Made by a program: the position numbers and the translations under genes. The notes beneath the pieces are model-generated. The model did not search any database. It saw only the letters and a list, made by a program, of their open reading frames with translations, and was not told the DNA's origin. Positions 36,491 through 48,476 of a DNA stretch of 64,000 nucleotides are shown here, one piece after another. Origin of the DNA: Mobula hypostoma (Eukaryota); the NCBI RefSeq assembly GCF_963921235.1, contig NC_086109.1, positions 17,858,001-17,922,000 on the forward strand, written 5' to 3'. How positions within the stretch are numbered: the first letter of the stretch is position 1; every line of letters starts with the position of its first letter.

Positions 36491-37551
36491 TAGAAAGTAT
36501 CTCTTTATCTGGTCTGTTTCAACCCTTTGTCCCAGAGCATTGCTTTCCTCTTGCCCCAACACAGTTGCTTCTTAGCCCTGCATTCAATTGACTTCTTAAA
36601 GTTTTTATTGAATTTGCTTTCTCCATAGTTTCTGTCCATGGATTCAAGATCCCAACACGTTAGAGCACTTTTTTCTTTGATCATGTTGAGACTAGAACAG
36701 TGATAAGGTTATTACCTTTTCAAACCATATATCTGTTTTATGAGCCTACAGGAAGTTGCAAGGAATGATTTAGAAAATGATAAATGCATTATTATCTTTA
36801 GTTACTATAGTAATATAGGAAATAGAGTTGCTGATTTCTACACAGCAAGGCCTTAAAAGCAGCATCGTGATAACGGCCAGATAACTTGATTTTAGCAATG
36901 TTAGTTGAGTGACAAATATTGACAAGCACACAAGGTCTGGTCTTCTTCAAACAATGCCTTTGTCCAATTATTTTTACTTGCTTTGCGAAGAATATCGATC
37001 AAAGTATTAGAAGTTGTTTAAAATACAAACCCAACACCGGATGTGTAAAGCACTTTATTTTCTATAATGAACTATCCTATGTTCTAGCATTAATATTAAC
37101 ATATATAATCTGTGAGCATTCTCAGTCTTATTCTTGGTGCCCTCTTTCTCTTACAAAACACAGGTGAGTGATTAGTATTTTCAAGGGATGGTGGGAAAAG
37201 AGGTGTGCGAAAAAATAAAGTGTTAGTGCTTAGGAAGGGCTCTACTGTCACTAGATTCTGACAGAATGTTTGTCTCTATATTATCGACCTAGCTTCTCCT
37301 TGTATCAAACCCCTGAGTCATAGGACCTTCCCCAGTTAATATTTTCTTGTGCTTCTTCTTGCAACTCAGAGACAGAGTCAGGTCTAATATCACTGGCGTA
37401 TCATGTGAAACGTGCTGATTTGCAGCAGCATTCCCTGCTCCTTTACATCCAGATAAAGGTCTCAACCAGAAACATCAACACCAGCATCAAATGTTCCTTT
37501 TATTCTTTTGATTTCTCACCAGGTTGTCAACCGATAGTATCACTTCCGATT

Positions 37552-37912
37552 TCATAAGACATAAGAGCAGAATCGGGCCATTTGGCCCATTGACTCTGCT
37601 CCATATTCGATCATGGCTGATTTATTATTCCTCTCAACCCCATTCTCCTGCCTTCTTCCCCGTAACCTTTGACACCCTTACTAATCAAGAACATATCAAT
37701 CTTCGCTTTAAATAAACCCAGTGACTTGGCGAACAATTCCACAGATTCACCACCCTCGGATTAAAGAAATTCCTCTTCATCTGTTTTAAGTGGACGCCCC
37801 TCTATTCTGAGGTTGTGCTGTCTTCTCCTTGACTCTCCCACTATAGGAAACATCCTCTCCACATCCACCCTATCTAGGCCTTTCGATATTCGATAGGTTT
37901 CAATAAGATTTG
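37552..37912 (-). mobile_element. CR1 3' end fragment
   Basis: NLIETYRISKGLDRVDVERMFPIVGESR; CATAAGACATAAGA end. Confidence 0.9.
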
Positions 37913-38529
37913 ACTTACAGGACGTTCTGCTTTCTTTTTTGTAAGTGTGCCTCCATGCGTGAGTGGGTGTTAGAGTCTGCATTAAAGCGTGTCTACATTT
38001 GGCCTGTCTCCTTTACATTCTGACTCTTTTTTAATGCTGATGGATATTTCTTTGTTCTGCCCAAGAGTTTACATCTGCATCAGTTCTCTCCGCACTTCCT
38101 GCATTGCTCAATGAATGAAGACAAATCTAGGAGTTTAGAAAATTCATGTTCCACTCCTAAGCATGACTCAGGACTCTCGTAGTGAACCCCCTCTAACCAC
38201 GTGGCTGCTAATTTCAGTAGACATTGTTGCAGTCATTGAGCTCTTGAGAAAAATGAACAGATTTCAACAGCAACATGGGACAAATGAGTAAAACACACAA
38301 AGAAATTACATTCTAAATCCATAGTTATCCCTGTGTAATAAATATTTAACTTGGGTAAACTCTGTAGCCATTTCTAAGCGCAATTTAATGGAAGCTCTGG
38401 GGTGTCATTATATAATTAGTGAATGGTCTAATGTTCACAGCTGATGTAGTAACCTTTGATTTTGTGCAGTAAAATATATCCCAGCAGTAAACCTGTCTGA
38501 CATAGTGTCAAAGCGAGGGAATTGCAGGC

Positions 38530-38700
38530 ACAGCAAACAACAGATGCTGTAAACCAGAGCAAAAAAATAAAATGCTGGAAGAACTCAGTGGGTCAGGCAG
38601 CATCTATGGACGGAAATGTTTCTGGTCGAGAACCTGTATCTGGACTGAAACAGTAGAAGGGCAATAAAGAGGTGAGAGGCAGGTGAGGAAGGAATTGCTG
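38530..38700 (-). mobile_element. Decayed Penelope pLTR
   Basis: CAGATGCTG..AAATGCTGGAAGAACTCAGTGGGTCAGGCAGCATCTATGG. Confidence 0.65.
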
Positions 38701-38962
38701 GCAGCACTGGTGCAAGCATATTTGCAATAATTATCCAGATCAGTTTTCCCAAGAGGGTGGCATTTGAGATTTAAAAGAAAATGGTGCCCTTTGTTCAAGG
38801 GTCTCAGCTGCTTGTGAGGCTTGGCCCTTCCTCTCCAGGACCAATGGGTCAATAGTGAACGTTCATTCTCAGTCATAGGAAATGCAACTGTAGAGCACCA
38901 CCAGTATCACGTTTGTCTTCGTGTACAACATTTGAATAGGAAATAGGTGCCAGGACTGCTAC

Positions 38963-39181
38963 AAACATGAGCAAATCTGCAGATGCTGGCCATCCGAGCA
39001 ACTCACACAAAATGCTGGAGGAACTCAGCAGGCCAGACAGCATCTATGGGAAAGAGTAAATAGTCAGCATTTTGGGCCGAGAATCCAGCTGAAGGGTCTC
39101 TGCCCGATCGCCGACTGTTTTACTGTTTTCCATTGATGCTGCATGGCCTGCTGAGTTCCTCCAGCATTTTGCGTGTGTTGC
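38963..39181. mobile_element. Fold-back Penelope pLTR insertion
   Basis: Inverted arms meeting in decayed hammerhead halves; direct repeat TGCCAGGACT at 38948-38957 and 39179-39188. Confidence 0.85.
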
Positions 39182-39188
39182 CAGGACT

Positions 39189-39447
39189 ATTTATTTATTT
39201 TTAGTTACAGATCCAGCAGGAAACAGGCCCTTCCTGCCCAACGAGCCTGTGCACGCAAATACACCCACGTGACCAATTAACCTTCTAACCAGTACATCTT
39301 TAGAATGTGGGAAGACCAGAACATCCAGAGGAAACCCACATGGTCATGGGGAGAGCGTACAAACTCCTTACAGACAACGGTGGGAATTGAACCTGGGTCT
39401 CTGGACGTGTAAAGCATTACACTAACCACTACGCTACCATGCCGCCC
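39189..39447 (-). mobile_element. V-SINE (HE1-like)
   Basis: Minus strand tRNA head with B box GGTTCAATTCCC, V-domain, (AATA)n tail. Confidence 0.88.
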
Positions 39448-39593
39448 CAGACTACCTCTAGTGAAACCTGCCATTAAGCAAAAGACATAGGATGCACAGA
39501 CGTTTAACCAAGAGGCTTTGCCCATCCCTTTCCCCCTTTGTGGTGGTGGTGGAAGGAGCACTTTTGAACTTCTGCAGCTCCAGTGGTGAAAGT

Positions 39594-39910
39594 GAATTGA
39601 ATTGAATTGACTTCATTACTTACATCCTTCATGTACATGAGGAGTAAAAATCTTTACGTTACGTCTCCGTCTAAATGTGCAATGTGCAATTTATAATAGA
39701 TAGTATGTACTAAAAAGGACAGTCAATATAACATAGAAATACAATTGTATCAGCGTTAATTAATCAGTCTGATGGCCTGGTGGAAGAAGCTGTCCCGGAG
39801 CCTGTTGGCCCTGGCTTTTATGCTGCGGTACCGTTTCCCGGATGGTAACAGCTGTAACAGTTTGTGGTTGCGGTGACCAGGTCCCCAGTAATCTTTCGGG
39901 CTTGCACACT
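39594..39910 (-). mobile_element. Rex1/Babar-type 3' tail
   Basis: Reverse complement matches 53200-53480, including the (TTCAA)n tail. Confidence 0.85.
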
Positions 39911-39941
39911 TCATTATTAAAGTTTATTTGTGTGATATTGA

Positions 39942-40232
39942 GGTTAAGGCGTTTGTCTAGTGATTTGAAGGTCGCTAGTTCAAGCCTTGGCCGAGGCAGC
40001 GTGTGTGGCCTTGAACAAGGCACTTAACCACACATTGCTCTGCGACGACACCGGTGCCAAGCTGTATGGGTCCTAATGCCCTTCCCTTGGACAACATCGG
40101 TGTCATGGAGAGGGGAGACTTGCAGCATGGGCAACTGCCGGTCTTCCATACAACCTTGCCCAGGCCTGCGCCCTGGAAACCTTCCAAGGCGCAAATCCAT
40201 GGTCTCACGAGACTAATGGATGCATATATTAT
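39942..40232 (+). mobile_element. 5'-truncated tRNA/CORE-like SINE, tail type A
   Basis: Aligns with 26374-26659; TSD ATATTGAGGTTAA at 39935-39947 and 40233-40245 (overlaps the SINE by GGTTAA microhomology). Confidence 0.9.
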
Positions 40233-40412
40233 ATATTGAGGTTAATGGCGATGCTGGGATTTAATGTAGTCATCTCAGAGCCATTCACAATTTAGGATCA
40301 CCTGTCACCGGCACTTCATTACTCCTTACTTTGATGGTAACGGCTAAAAATGGGACATGTTGGGCCACGATGTTACACAGATTGACTGAATGCATCTGAT
40401 AAGAAAAGTCAT

Positions 40413-41080
40413 AAACACATGAGAGTCTGCAGATGCTGGAAATAGAAAGCAACACGCACACAAAATGCTGGGGGATCTGGACAGGTCGGGCAGCACCCAT
40501 AGAAAGGAATAAATAGTTGATGTTTCTGGCCAAGACCCTTCTTCAAGACTGGGAAGGAAGGGGGAAGATACTAAAATAAGAAGGTGGGGGGAGAGGGAGG
40601 AGGCTAGACGGCAAGTGAATGGTGAAGCCTGGTGGGTGGGAAAGGCCAAGAGCTAGAGAAGAGATTGGACCTCAGGAGAAAGGGAAGGAAGAAGGGACCC
40701 AGGAGGAAGTGATAGGCAGGGGAGAAGAGGTAGTAAAAGATCAGTGCGGGGAATAAGGGAAGAGGGGAGGGGGGAATTTTTTTCACTGGAAACAGAAATC
40801 GATATTCATGCCATTCATGCTACCCAGAAAGTATGTAATGTGTTGATCCCCCACTCTGAGGGTGGTCTCATCTTGGCACAAGAGGAAGACATGGACTGAC
40901 ATGTCGGAAATGGAATGGGAATGGGCATCAAAATGTTTGGCCACCAGGAAGTTCCGTTTTAGCGGATGGAGCGGAGGAGCTCAACAAAGAAGTCCCCCAA
41001 TTTACAATTAGTCTCACCATTGTAAAGGAAACCACCGGGAGCACCGGATGTAATAGACGACCCCAGCAGATTTGCAGATT
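40413..41080 (-). mobile_element. Penelope-like element 3' fragment including the GIY-YIG motif, decayed
   Basis: Minus strand SAGVVYYIRCSR..YNGET..KLG; pLTR at 40413-40552 with a mutated hammerhead (CUUGAAGA). Confidence 0.85.
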
Positions 41081-42574
41081 TCCTTGAATTTCATATATTT
41101 CCTTGGTATTCACAATGTCACTTCCTCTATGTCAGGGAAAGCAAATGCAAATTGGGTGATTGCTTTGCAAATTGCCTTCATTTGGTTGGCTGAGGTACCC
41201 TGACCTTTCATTTGCCCTCTCCCACTCTGCCTTTGATGTTCCAATGATGCACAACATAAAAACAACAGCTCAGCTTCCAACTAGGCCCAATGCAACCCTC
41301 AGGATTTAGAAATAATTGCTGTGTGAGTAATTCACCATGGCAACTACAGGAGCTCCACAGACTCACAGCTTCTGTTCGAAGAACAACAAGCAACTAAATG
41401 CTCACCTTGATAATGAGGTTAATTTTCCTTTTGTAAATGGCAGGTTACCCCAGAGACTTTTCTGGCCAGTGCTGGTACTGACCTCTGTTCACCCATAAAA
41501 TGATATATGTTGTATTATAGGCAAGCCTGGGGTTGATGGTTGCCCTACACCTTTGGTACCTATACCTTTGCCTCATTTGTGCCTGGCTGAGAGACACAGT
41601 GGAGTCCACATGGCCTGGCACATCCACAAAGGAGAGGAAGGACCAAGCCTAGTAAGCAGCAGTGGCATAAGGACAGAAGGAATAAATCCAATGTTTTAAA
41701 ATCTCCAACAGTCCCTTCCAAAGAGGCCATAACTGGGCAACCACCAGTCCATTGCTTTTTTTCAGTTCAATTGTTTTTATTAAATGCGATAGCAAATCCT
41801 TGGAAAAATATTGTTCCCAGTGCTGGTGTCTATTGAATAAAACAAGTTGAAACAACCACCGTTTTTTTACTTTTCTCCGAATTGGCCAGTTCTGATTACA
41901 CCTTGCACCACAACTCATTCCTTCCCTTCACATTTACTACTTGACCAGCAGGATATTTCCACATTCTCTTTTATAAATTTCCAGAAACTTGCTGTGTCTG
42001 CATCTCCTAGTCCTGGCATGATTTCCTTTCTCTCTAATTGTCGTTATTCATCCCTTATTTATTCTCCTTCAAGCAACTTGGCTATGATTAACTAGCACCT
42101 ATTTTCCTTCTCAGGTGGAACTGAAAGGAATCGTGTCACTTGGACAAGCTTGATCTCCACTCGATCAGCCATTTCCTTTGTTCTCTCGACTGAAACCCTC
42201 CCTGCAACTTAAACATGCATGCTTTTGTTTCCCCTTTTCACTACTGGTGAAATATTAACCATCTTTCTCCTACTACAGATGCTCCCTCACCTGGTAAATA
42301 ACCACTGAATTTTCTGCTTCAAATTTTACCTAAATACACTCTCAGTACTAAGTTTGGGTTGATTAGATCTGTTCAGAAGGTAATCCACTTAGAAAGCTTA
42401 TGGAACCAAGCAACATAATGGAGGGTGCTTTTGGTGTTAAAATGGGACGTAAACTTGATGAAGATAAGGTTATGTCGGTTCTTTTTCCTCCCTCATTGTA
42501 ATTCTTTTATCTCTTTTAGAAATATTGATGATTGCCACTTAATTGCCTCCTAGTTGAACTGTAGTTGGAAGAGC

Positions 42575-43675
42575 CATGAGAAAATTAGCTCTTGGCTGAT
42601 TGGTAGGTGGCAGCAAGTAGGAATAAAAGGATCCTTTTATGGTTGGCTGCCAGTGACTAGCGGTGTTCTGCAGGAGTGGGTGTTGGGTTCACTTCTTTTT
42701 ATGTTGTATATTAATTATTTGGATGATGGAATAGGTGGCTTTGCTGCCAAGTTTGCAGATGACATGAAGATTGGTGGAGGGGCAGGTAGTGTTGAGGAAA
42801 CAGGTAGGCTGCAGAAGGATTTAGACAGATTAGGAGAATGCGCAAGAAAGTGGCAAATGAAATACAACGTTGGAAAAGGCATGGTCATGCACTTTGGTAG
42901 TAGAAATAAATGTGCAGACTATTTTTTTAACATGGGGAAAATCCAGAAATCTGAGATGCAAAGGGACTTTGGAGTCGTTGTGCAGAACACCCTAAAGGTT
43001 AACTTGCAGGTTGAGTCAGTGGTGAGGAAGGCAAATGCAATGTTAGCATTCATTTCAAGAAGTCTGGAGTACAAGAACAGGGATGTAATGCTGAGGCTGT
43101 AAGGCACTGGAGAAGCCTCACCTTGAGTATTGTGAACAGTTTTGGGCCCCTCATCTAAGAAAGGATGTGCTGCCATTGGAGAGGCTTCAGAGGAGGTTCA
43201 CAAGGATGATTCAGGGAATGAAAGGGTTATCATATGAGGACTGTTTGATTGCTCTGGGTCTGTACTCGCTGGAGTTCAGAAGAATGAGGGGGGATCTCAT
43301 TGAAACCTTTCGAATATTGAAGGACCTAGACATAGTAGATGTGGAAGGGATGCTTCCCATGGTAGGGGAATCTAGGACAAGAGGGCACAGCTTCAGGATA
43401 GAGGGGCATCTATTTAAAACAGAGATGCAGAGAAATTTCTTTAGCCAGAGAATTTGTGGAATTTTCTGCCACAGGCAGCTGTGGAAGCCAGGCTGTTGGG
43501 TGTATTTAAGGCAGAGCTTGATAGGGTCTTAATTGGACATGGCAATCGAAGGTTACGGGGAGGCAGCCGGGGAGTGGGGCTGAGGAGGGGAATATAGGAT
43601 CAGCCATTATTGAATGGCAGAGCAGACTCGATGGGCCAAATGGCCTAATTCTGCTCCTTATGGTCTTGTGGCCTT
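42575..43675 (+). mobile_element. CR1 3' fragment
   Basis: ORFs 42554-43102 (AKFADDMKIGG) and 43167-43532; CTTATGGTCTTG end. Confidence 0.95.
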
Positions 43676-44084
43676 AAACACAGACAGTGGTGAGGAATTT
43701 CAGTGTCATCACCAAGAATAGTTCACTGCTATGTATGATCCTAAGAGAAGGCTAGACTAGTCCATGGAACAGCTCTCCAATTCCAGTGAATCTCCTGAAG
43801 TTGGTCAGAAGGAATTTATTGGTTAGCTGATGTTTGTTCTTTTCTTCTCCAGATCTACTGCCTACTGAATTATTAGGTGGCCTGCCCAGCTTTACTGTTA
43901 CCATGACTGGCAGTCTATTTTGACACAAGTGAACAGCTTACTCAGTTGTCTAAGAGTCAAAGCATGTTATTTTGTGTCTGGATTCTCATCCAGGCTGTTC
44001 AATAAAAACAGCAGATTTTATGTGAAGAGATGAGCTCCTTTGACAATGTGGCAGCATCAACGTCATATTGGTTGTTTATTTGAA

Positions 44085-45080
44085 GAGTAACAGAGTACTA
44101 CATCACAGAGTCAAGCCCTTCGGCCCATCCAGCCCATGCTGATTCGATCTGTCCAGTCCCATCTACCTGCACCTAAAATGTTCTGCTGACATTGTAACCA
44201 TATGTGACACCTGTGCTACGTGCAGTGTGCTGTGTGCTGTTGGTAATGTGTTTTGGCACCTTGGCCCCAGAGGAATGCTGTTTCTTTTGGCTATATTCAT
44301 GTAATGTTGAATGACAATTAAAACAGGAAAATGAACTTGCACTTGAACTTAATCATAGCCTTCCATACCTTTCTCATCCATGCACTTATCCAAACTTCTC
44401 TTTAATGTTACAGTTGAACTTACAGTTAGCACTTTCACTGTCAGCTCGTTCCACAGTCACACCACCCTCTGAGTGAAGAACTTTCCCTTCAGATTCCTTT
44501 TAAATATTTCACCTTTCACCCTAAAAGGATGACCTCTACCTCTAGTCTCACTCAATCGTAGGGAAGAAGCCAGCATACATTATAACCCTCATAATTCTGG
44601 GTACCTCAATAAGATCTCCCTTCATTCTCCTGCACTCTAGTGACTAAAGAGCTAACCTGTTTAACCTTTTCCTATAACTCAGGCTGTCAGGTCCCCTCAG
44701 CATCCTTGTAAATTATTGGTATCTTTCCTGTAGATCGGTGACCAGACCTGCACACAGTGTGCTAAATTTGGTCTCACTAATGTTTTGTAGAACTTCAAAA
44801 TAGCATCCCAACTCCTGTACTCAATGTCCTGAATTTAAGTTTTCGATTTGCCATGGTGGGATCTGATGTCCTGTATGTAGATCAGTGGTTACATAGGTAT
44901 TACTAAATAGGACATCCACCACCCCCCATAACTTGCCTCCAATTAGCTTAATGTCCTCTCGTATTAGCCATTTCCGTCCTGGGAAGAAGCCTCTGGCTGT
45001 CCACTAGATCTACGGCTCGTGTCATCTTCCTCTATCACCTCTCATCCTTCTTCACTCCAAAGAGGAAAGCCCTAGTTCAA
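44085..45080 (-). mobile_element. Cluster of decayed CR1 3' fragments with a nested LINE-tail piece
   Basis: Reverse CR1 motifs (ACCACCCTCTGAGTGAAGAA, GACCAGACCTGCACACAG); boundaries approximate. Confidence 0.7.
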
Positions 45081-46145
45081 AGGTTTGCAGGAGTTAAGTG
45101 GTTGGGGGAGGGCATCAGTAAGAATGGGGACAGCTGTGCTGTATAAGGTTGCACTTTCACAAAAAGGTTGGAGGAAATCTGAAGCTATTTCTTGTAAAAG
45201 ATGGTACAATCTCAGACAACCAGAGCTTTTGAGGCTGTGGGACATGTGTTAGGTCAGTGTATCAAGAGATATGGATCAAAGTAAATGGTTTGGGCATACT
45301 GAATGTGAAGAGACAGAATGAGGTGGGATCTGGCATGATGGGGGGCAGCTGACTGGAACTGTTCTGCTCCTCTGCCACAAGCAAAGTTCAACACAACCTG
45401 CTGGCGTTAAGTGGATCTGCAGAACTACAGATTCTCTTTCAAGCTAGTGTCTTTCCCATCCAGGCTTGTCTGTGCCTTCTTCAGGGAGATCCCAGATGGT
45501 TCACGCACAGCACCAAATCTGATTAAAAATGGCGATTGGGATACAGATTGTGCCCAAAATAATGAAGATGAAATGAATCTCCAGGTTGCTGCCGTTCCTT
45601 TTCACAAAGTGATAAATGATATTGGGAAAGAAAGGGTGCCTGATTGAACAGAGAAAAGAGAGAGCTTTGTGGCTCTGTGTCAGCACTGTAAGAAATGAAT
45701 TGTGTTTAAGATTTTCTGCAACTGAGGTTGCACTGTCTGACCATTTCTTTGTACCTGTCTAACTTGAATGTAGCTTCCAGTGTGTGCTGGCTTTCCAGAC
45801 AGCTTCATTTCACAGCTCAGGTTATTTAATGCTGTGCTCACTCTCATCTTCCCCAAACAACAAGGAGTACTTCAGCACTTCTTGGATCTCTGCAGGGCTC
45901 TCGGGGAAATGATAGATTCATTCTGTTTTATATAGTTGAGCCTGGGATTTGTTTAAAGGGCTGAGCCTGCTATCATTTGTGTGACAATAAAGCTGCCTTT
46001 ATGCCTGTAGATAAACCTGATTTTTGCAGCACTAGTCCAATGGCTGGAAACACAAATTAAATTTCTGAGTCCATTAAACACAGTAGTTTGGCAAACCTGA
46101 CAGGATGAGTTCTCTTGCTCATCAATCTTAGCAGTGGAACCTATA

Positions 46146-46575
46146 CACTCACTGGCCACTTTATTAGATACCTCCTGTACCTAATACAGTGGCCACTGAC
46201 TGTACGTTCATGGTCTTCTGCTGCTGTAGCCCATCCACCTCGAGGTTCAACATGCATTCAGAGATGCTCTTCTGCACACCACTGTTATAACACGTGATCA
46301 GTTAAGTTACTGTCACCTTCCTTCAGCTTGAACCAGGGTGCCCATTCTCCTCTGACCTATTTCATTAACAATACATTTTTGCCCACAGAACTGCCACTCA
46401 CTGAATGATTTTGGTTTTTCTCACCGTTCTCTGTAAACTTCAGAGACTGTTGTGTGTGAAAATCCCAGGAGATCAGCAGTTTTTGAGATACTCAATCCAC
46501 CCTGTCTGGCGCTCAGGATCACTCAGGATCAAAGTCACTTTAGTGCACATTTCTTCCCCATTCTGATGTTTGGCC
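46146..46575 (-). mobile_element. Internally deleted Tc1 transposon (transposase N-terminal remnant) ending in a double-TIR hairpin
   Basis: Minus strand MGKKC..GLSISKTADLLGFSHTTVS..; TA-flanked hairpin CACTCACTGGCCACTTTATTAG..CTAATACAGTGGCCACTGACTG at 46146-46202. Confidence 0.85.
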
Positions 46576-46994
46576 GGAAGAGGCCATTATGTGTTTGATA
46601 TTTGTTGAAACCAACATATGGAATCCTGACTGGATGTCGTCCATGGCTACCAGTATAATTCTCAGTGTAAAAGGAATGTTGTGAACATGTTTGACTGTTG
46701 ATGTCACTGTGCAATCTAATCCAACAATAGTTTTTAAATACTGATGACATTTTAAGTTCACAGTGTGGTCACAGCAGTTTAGAGTTAATCAGTTACTTTT
46801 CCTTCAGAGCAGACTGGTGGAGCTAGGTCCTATTGCAATTTGTCACTGTACAGTCTGTCCTGTTCTACCCAGCCAAAGAATGGAATCTGTCTTTTCCAAG
46901 TTACTAATGAAAGCTTTTGCCTCAAAGGCTAGCCTCTCTTCCATAATGACTTGGATCAAAATTCATTTTTAAAATAACAAACATTTTATCACCT

Positions 46995-47153
46995 TCACAA
47001 ACTGGCTGACAAAATCCTACAAAACTCCAACAAAAAGTGATGGATGCAACCCAATTCATCATGGGTAAAGCCCATCCCACCATTGAGCACATCTACATGG
47101 AGCATTGTCTCAGGAAAGCAGCATCTATATCATCAGGGACCCCTCCACTACCC
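46995..47153 (+). mobile_element. Rex1-type fragment
   Basis: Matches 7005-7120 (GGTAAAGC..CCACCATTGAGCACATCTA..CAGGAAAGCAGCATC). Confidence 0.7.
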
Positions 47154-47154
47154 G

Positions 47155-47580
47155 AGTCACTAGGCCTATTAAGTATGTCTGGTTGCAGCTCATGATGGGG
47201 ATGGGGATGGGTGAGCACCAGGTAACGTCACGAGGCCTGTGGGTCTGTCCAGCGTGCCGTAGAGGTTTGGGCGTCTTGGTTTCTCAAGCACCTGCATTTA
47301 CTGACTGTTGTCTTAACTAGAGTCGTTAAGCCCTTGTGCTTTCTCTTTCATCTTGTCAAGTTCGTTGTGACTGGCACGGGTTTCCGCTTATACGATTATT
47401 TAATGCAAACTCTCATTCAGCGTAGAACGCGGACTCCTTGCTGTGGAGATTGATTAGTCTCATGGTGTTACTCAGTCGTGCCACCAATGCTCGGCTGGTA
47501 TTCCGATGTCTCCGTCTCCGCGTGGGAGTCTGCCATTCCTCCGCACGTGGGTTCAGTCGTTGCCAGTGCACATTGTGACA
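47155..47580 (+). mobile_element. Possible solo LTR
   Basis: Termini (A)GTCAC...GTGACA and a CpG-retaining body, but the 5' T and a TSD are not evident. Confidence 0.35.
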
Positions 47581-47639
47581 GGTAGGGCATTCATGGAAGG
47601 TATTTAGTGCGGGAGTGCCCACTCGTCATTCCTGTCTCT

Positions 47640-47905
47640 TACAAACTCCTTACAGGGAGAGGTGGGAGCTTGTGCACTCTCCCTGTGACCACGAGGGCTT
47701 CCTCTGGCTGCTCCAGTATCCTTCCACGTTCTGAAGACGTACGTTTATGGTTAGTGAGTGGTGTGCATGCCATACTGGCCCCAGAATCGTGATGGCACTT
47801 CAGGGCTGCCCAGTATAACCCTGGTGGCTTTGATTTGACGCCAAATGATGCACTTCACTATGTTCTGATGTTTTGATCCACACGTGACAAGTGAAGCTAA
47901 TCTTT
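47640..47905 (+). mobile_element. V-SINE fragment(s)
   Basis: GGAGCTTGTGCACTCTCCCTGTGACCACGAGGGCTTCCTCTGGCTGCTCCAG V-domain plus tail. Confidence 0.7.
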
Positions 47906-48178
47906 AATCATTACACGTGTATCTTTGGGGTGGGGGGGAGAATGGCCTCCCATGGGAGAACGGCAGCAACAGCCCAGTTTGTGGCACCGTGCTGGGTGTT
48001 ACTGAATGAAGGGAGGGTTGGAGGACAGGAGGGACTGGGGGAGTGACCGTTGTAGGGGATTCTATCATATGAGGAGAGGCAAGCACAAGGAAATCTGCAG
48101 ATGCTGGAAATTCAAGCAACACACACAAAAAGTGCTGGTGAAGGCAGCAGGCCAGGCAGCATCTATAGGAAGAGGTAC

Positions 48179-48214
48179 AGTCGACGTTTTGGGCCGAGAC
48201 CCTTCGTCAGGACT
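48179..48214 (-). ncRNA. Minimal hammerhead motif with G12->A substitution (predicted inactive)
   Basis: Minus strand AGUC-CUGACGA-AGGGUCUCGGCCC-AAA-ACGU-C-GACU. Confidence 0.6.
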
Positions 48215-48440
48215 AATTGAAAGAAGTGATAGTAAGAGATTTGAAAGTGGCGGGGGGGGGGGAGATCCAAAATAATAGGAGAAGACATTATTCTCTCCCT
48301 TCTCCAGCCTTGTATCCCCTTTGCCAATCAACTTTCCAGCTCTTAGCTCCATCCCCCCCCCACCCCCATCTTCTCCTATCATTTTGGATCTCCCCCTCCC
48401 CCTCCCACTTTCAAATCTCTTACTATCTCTTCTTTCAGTT

Positions 48441-48476
48441 AGTCCTGATGAAGGGTCTCTGCCCGAAACGTCGACT
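48441..48476 (+). ncRNA. Minimal type I hammerhead ribozyme motif (intact)
   Basis: AGUC-CUGAUGA-AGGGUCUCUGCCC-GAA-ACGU-C-GACU. Confidence 0.8.
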
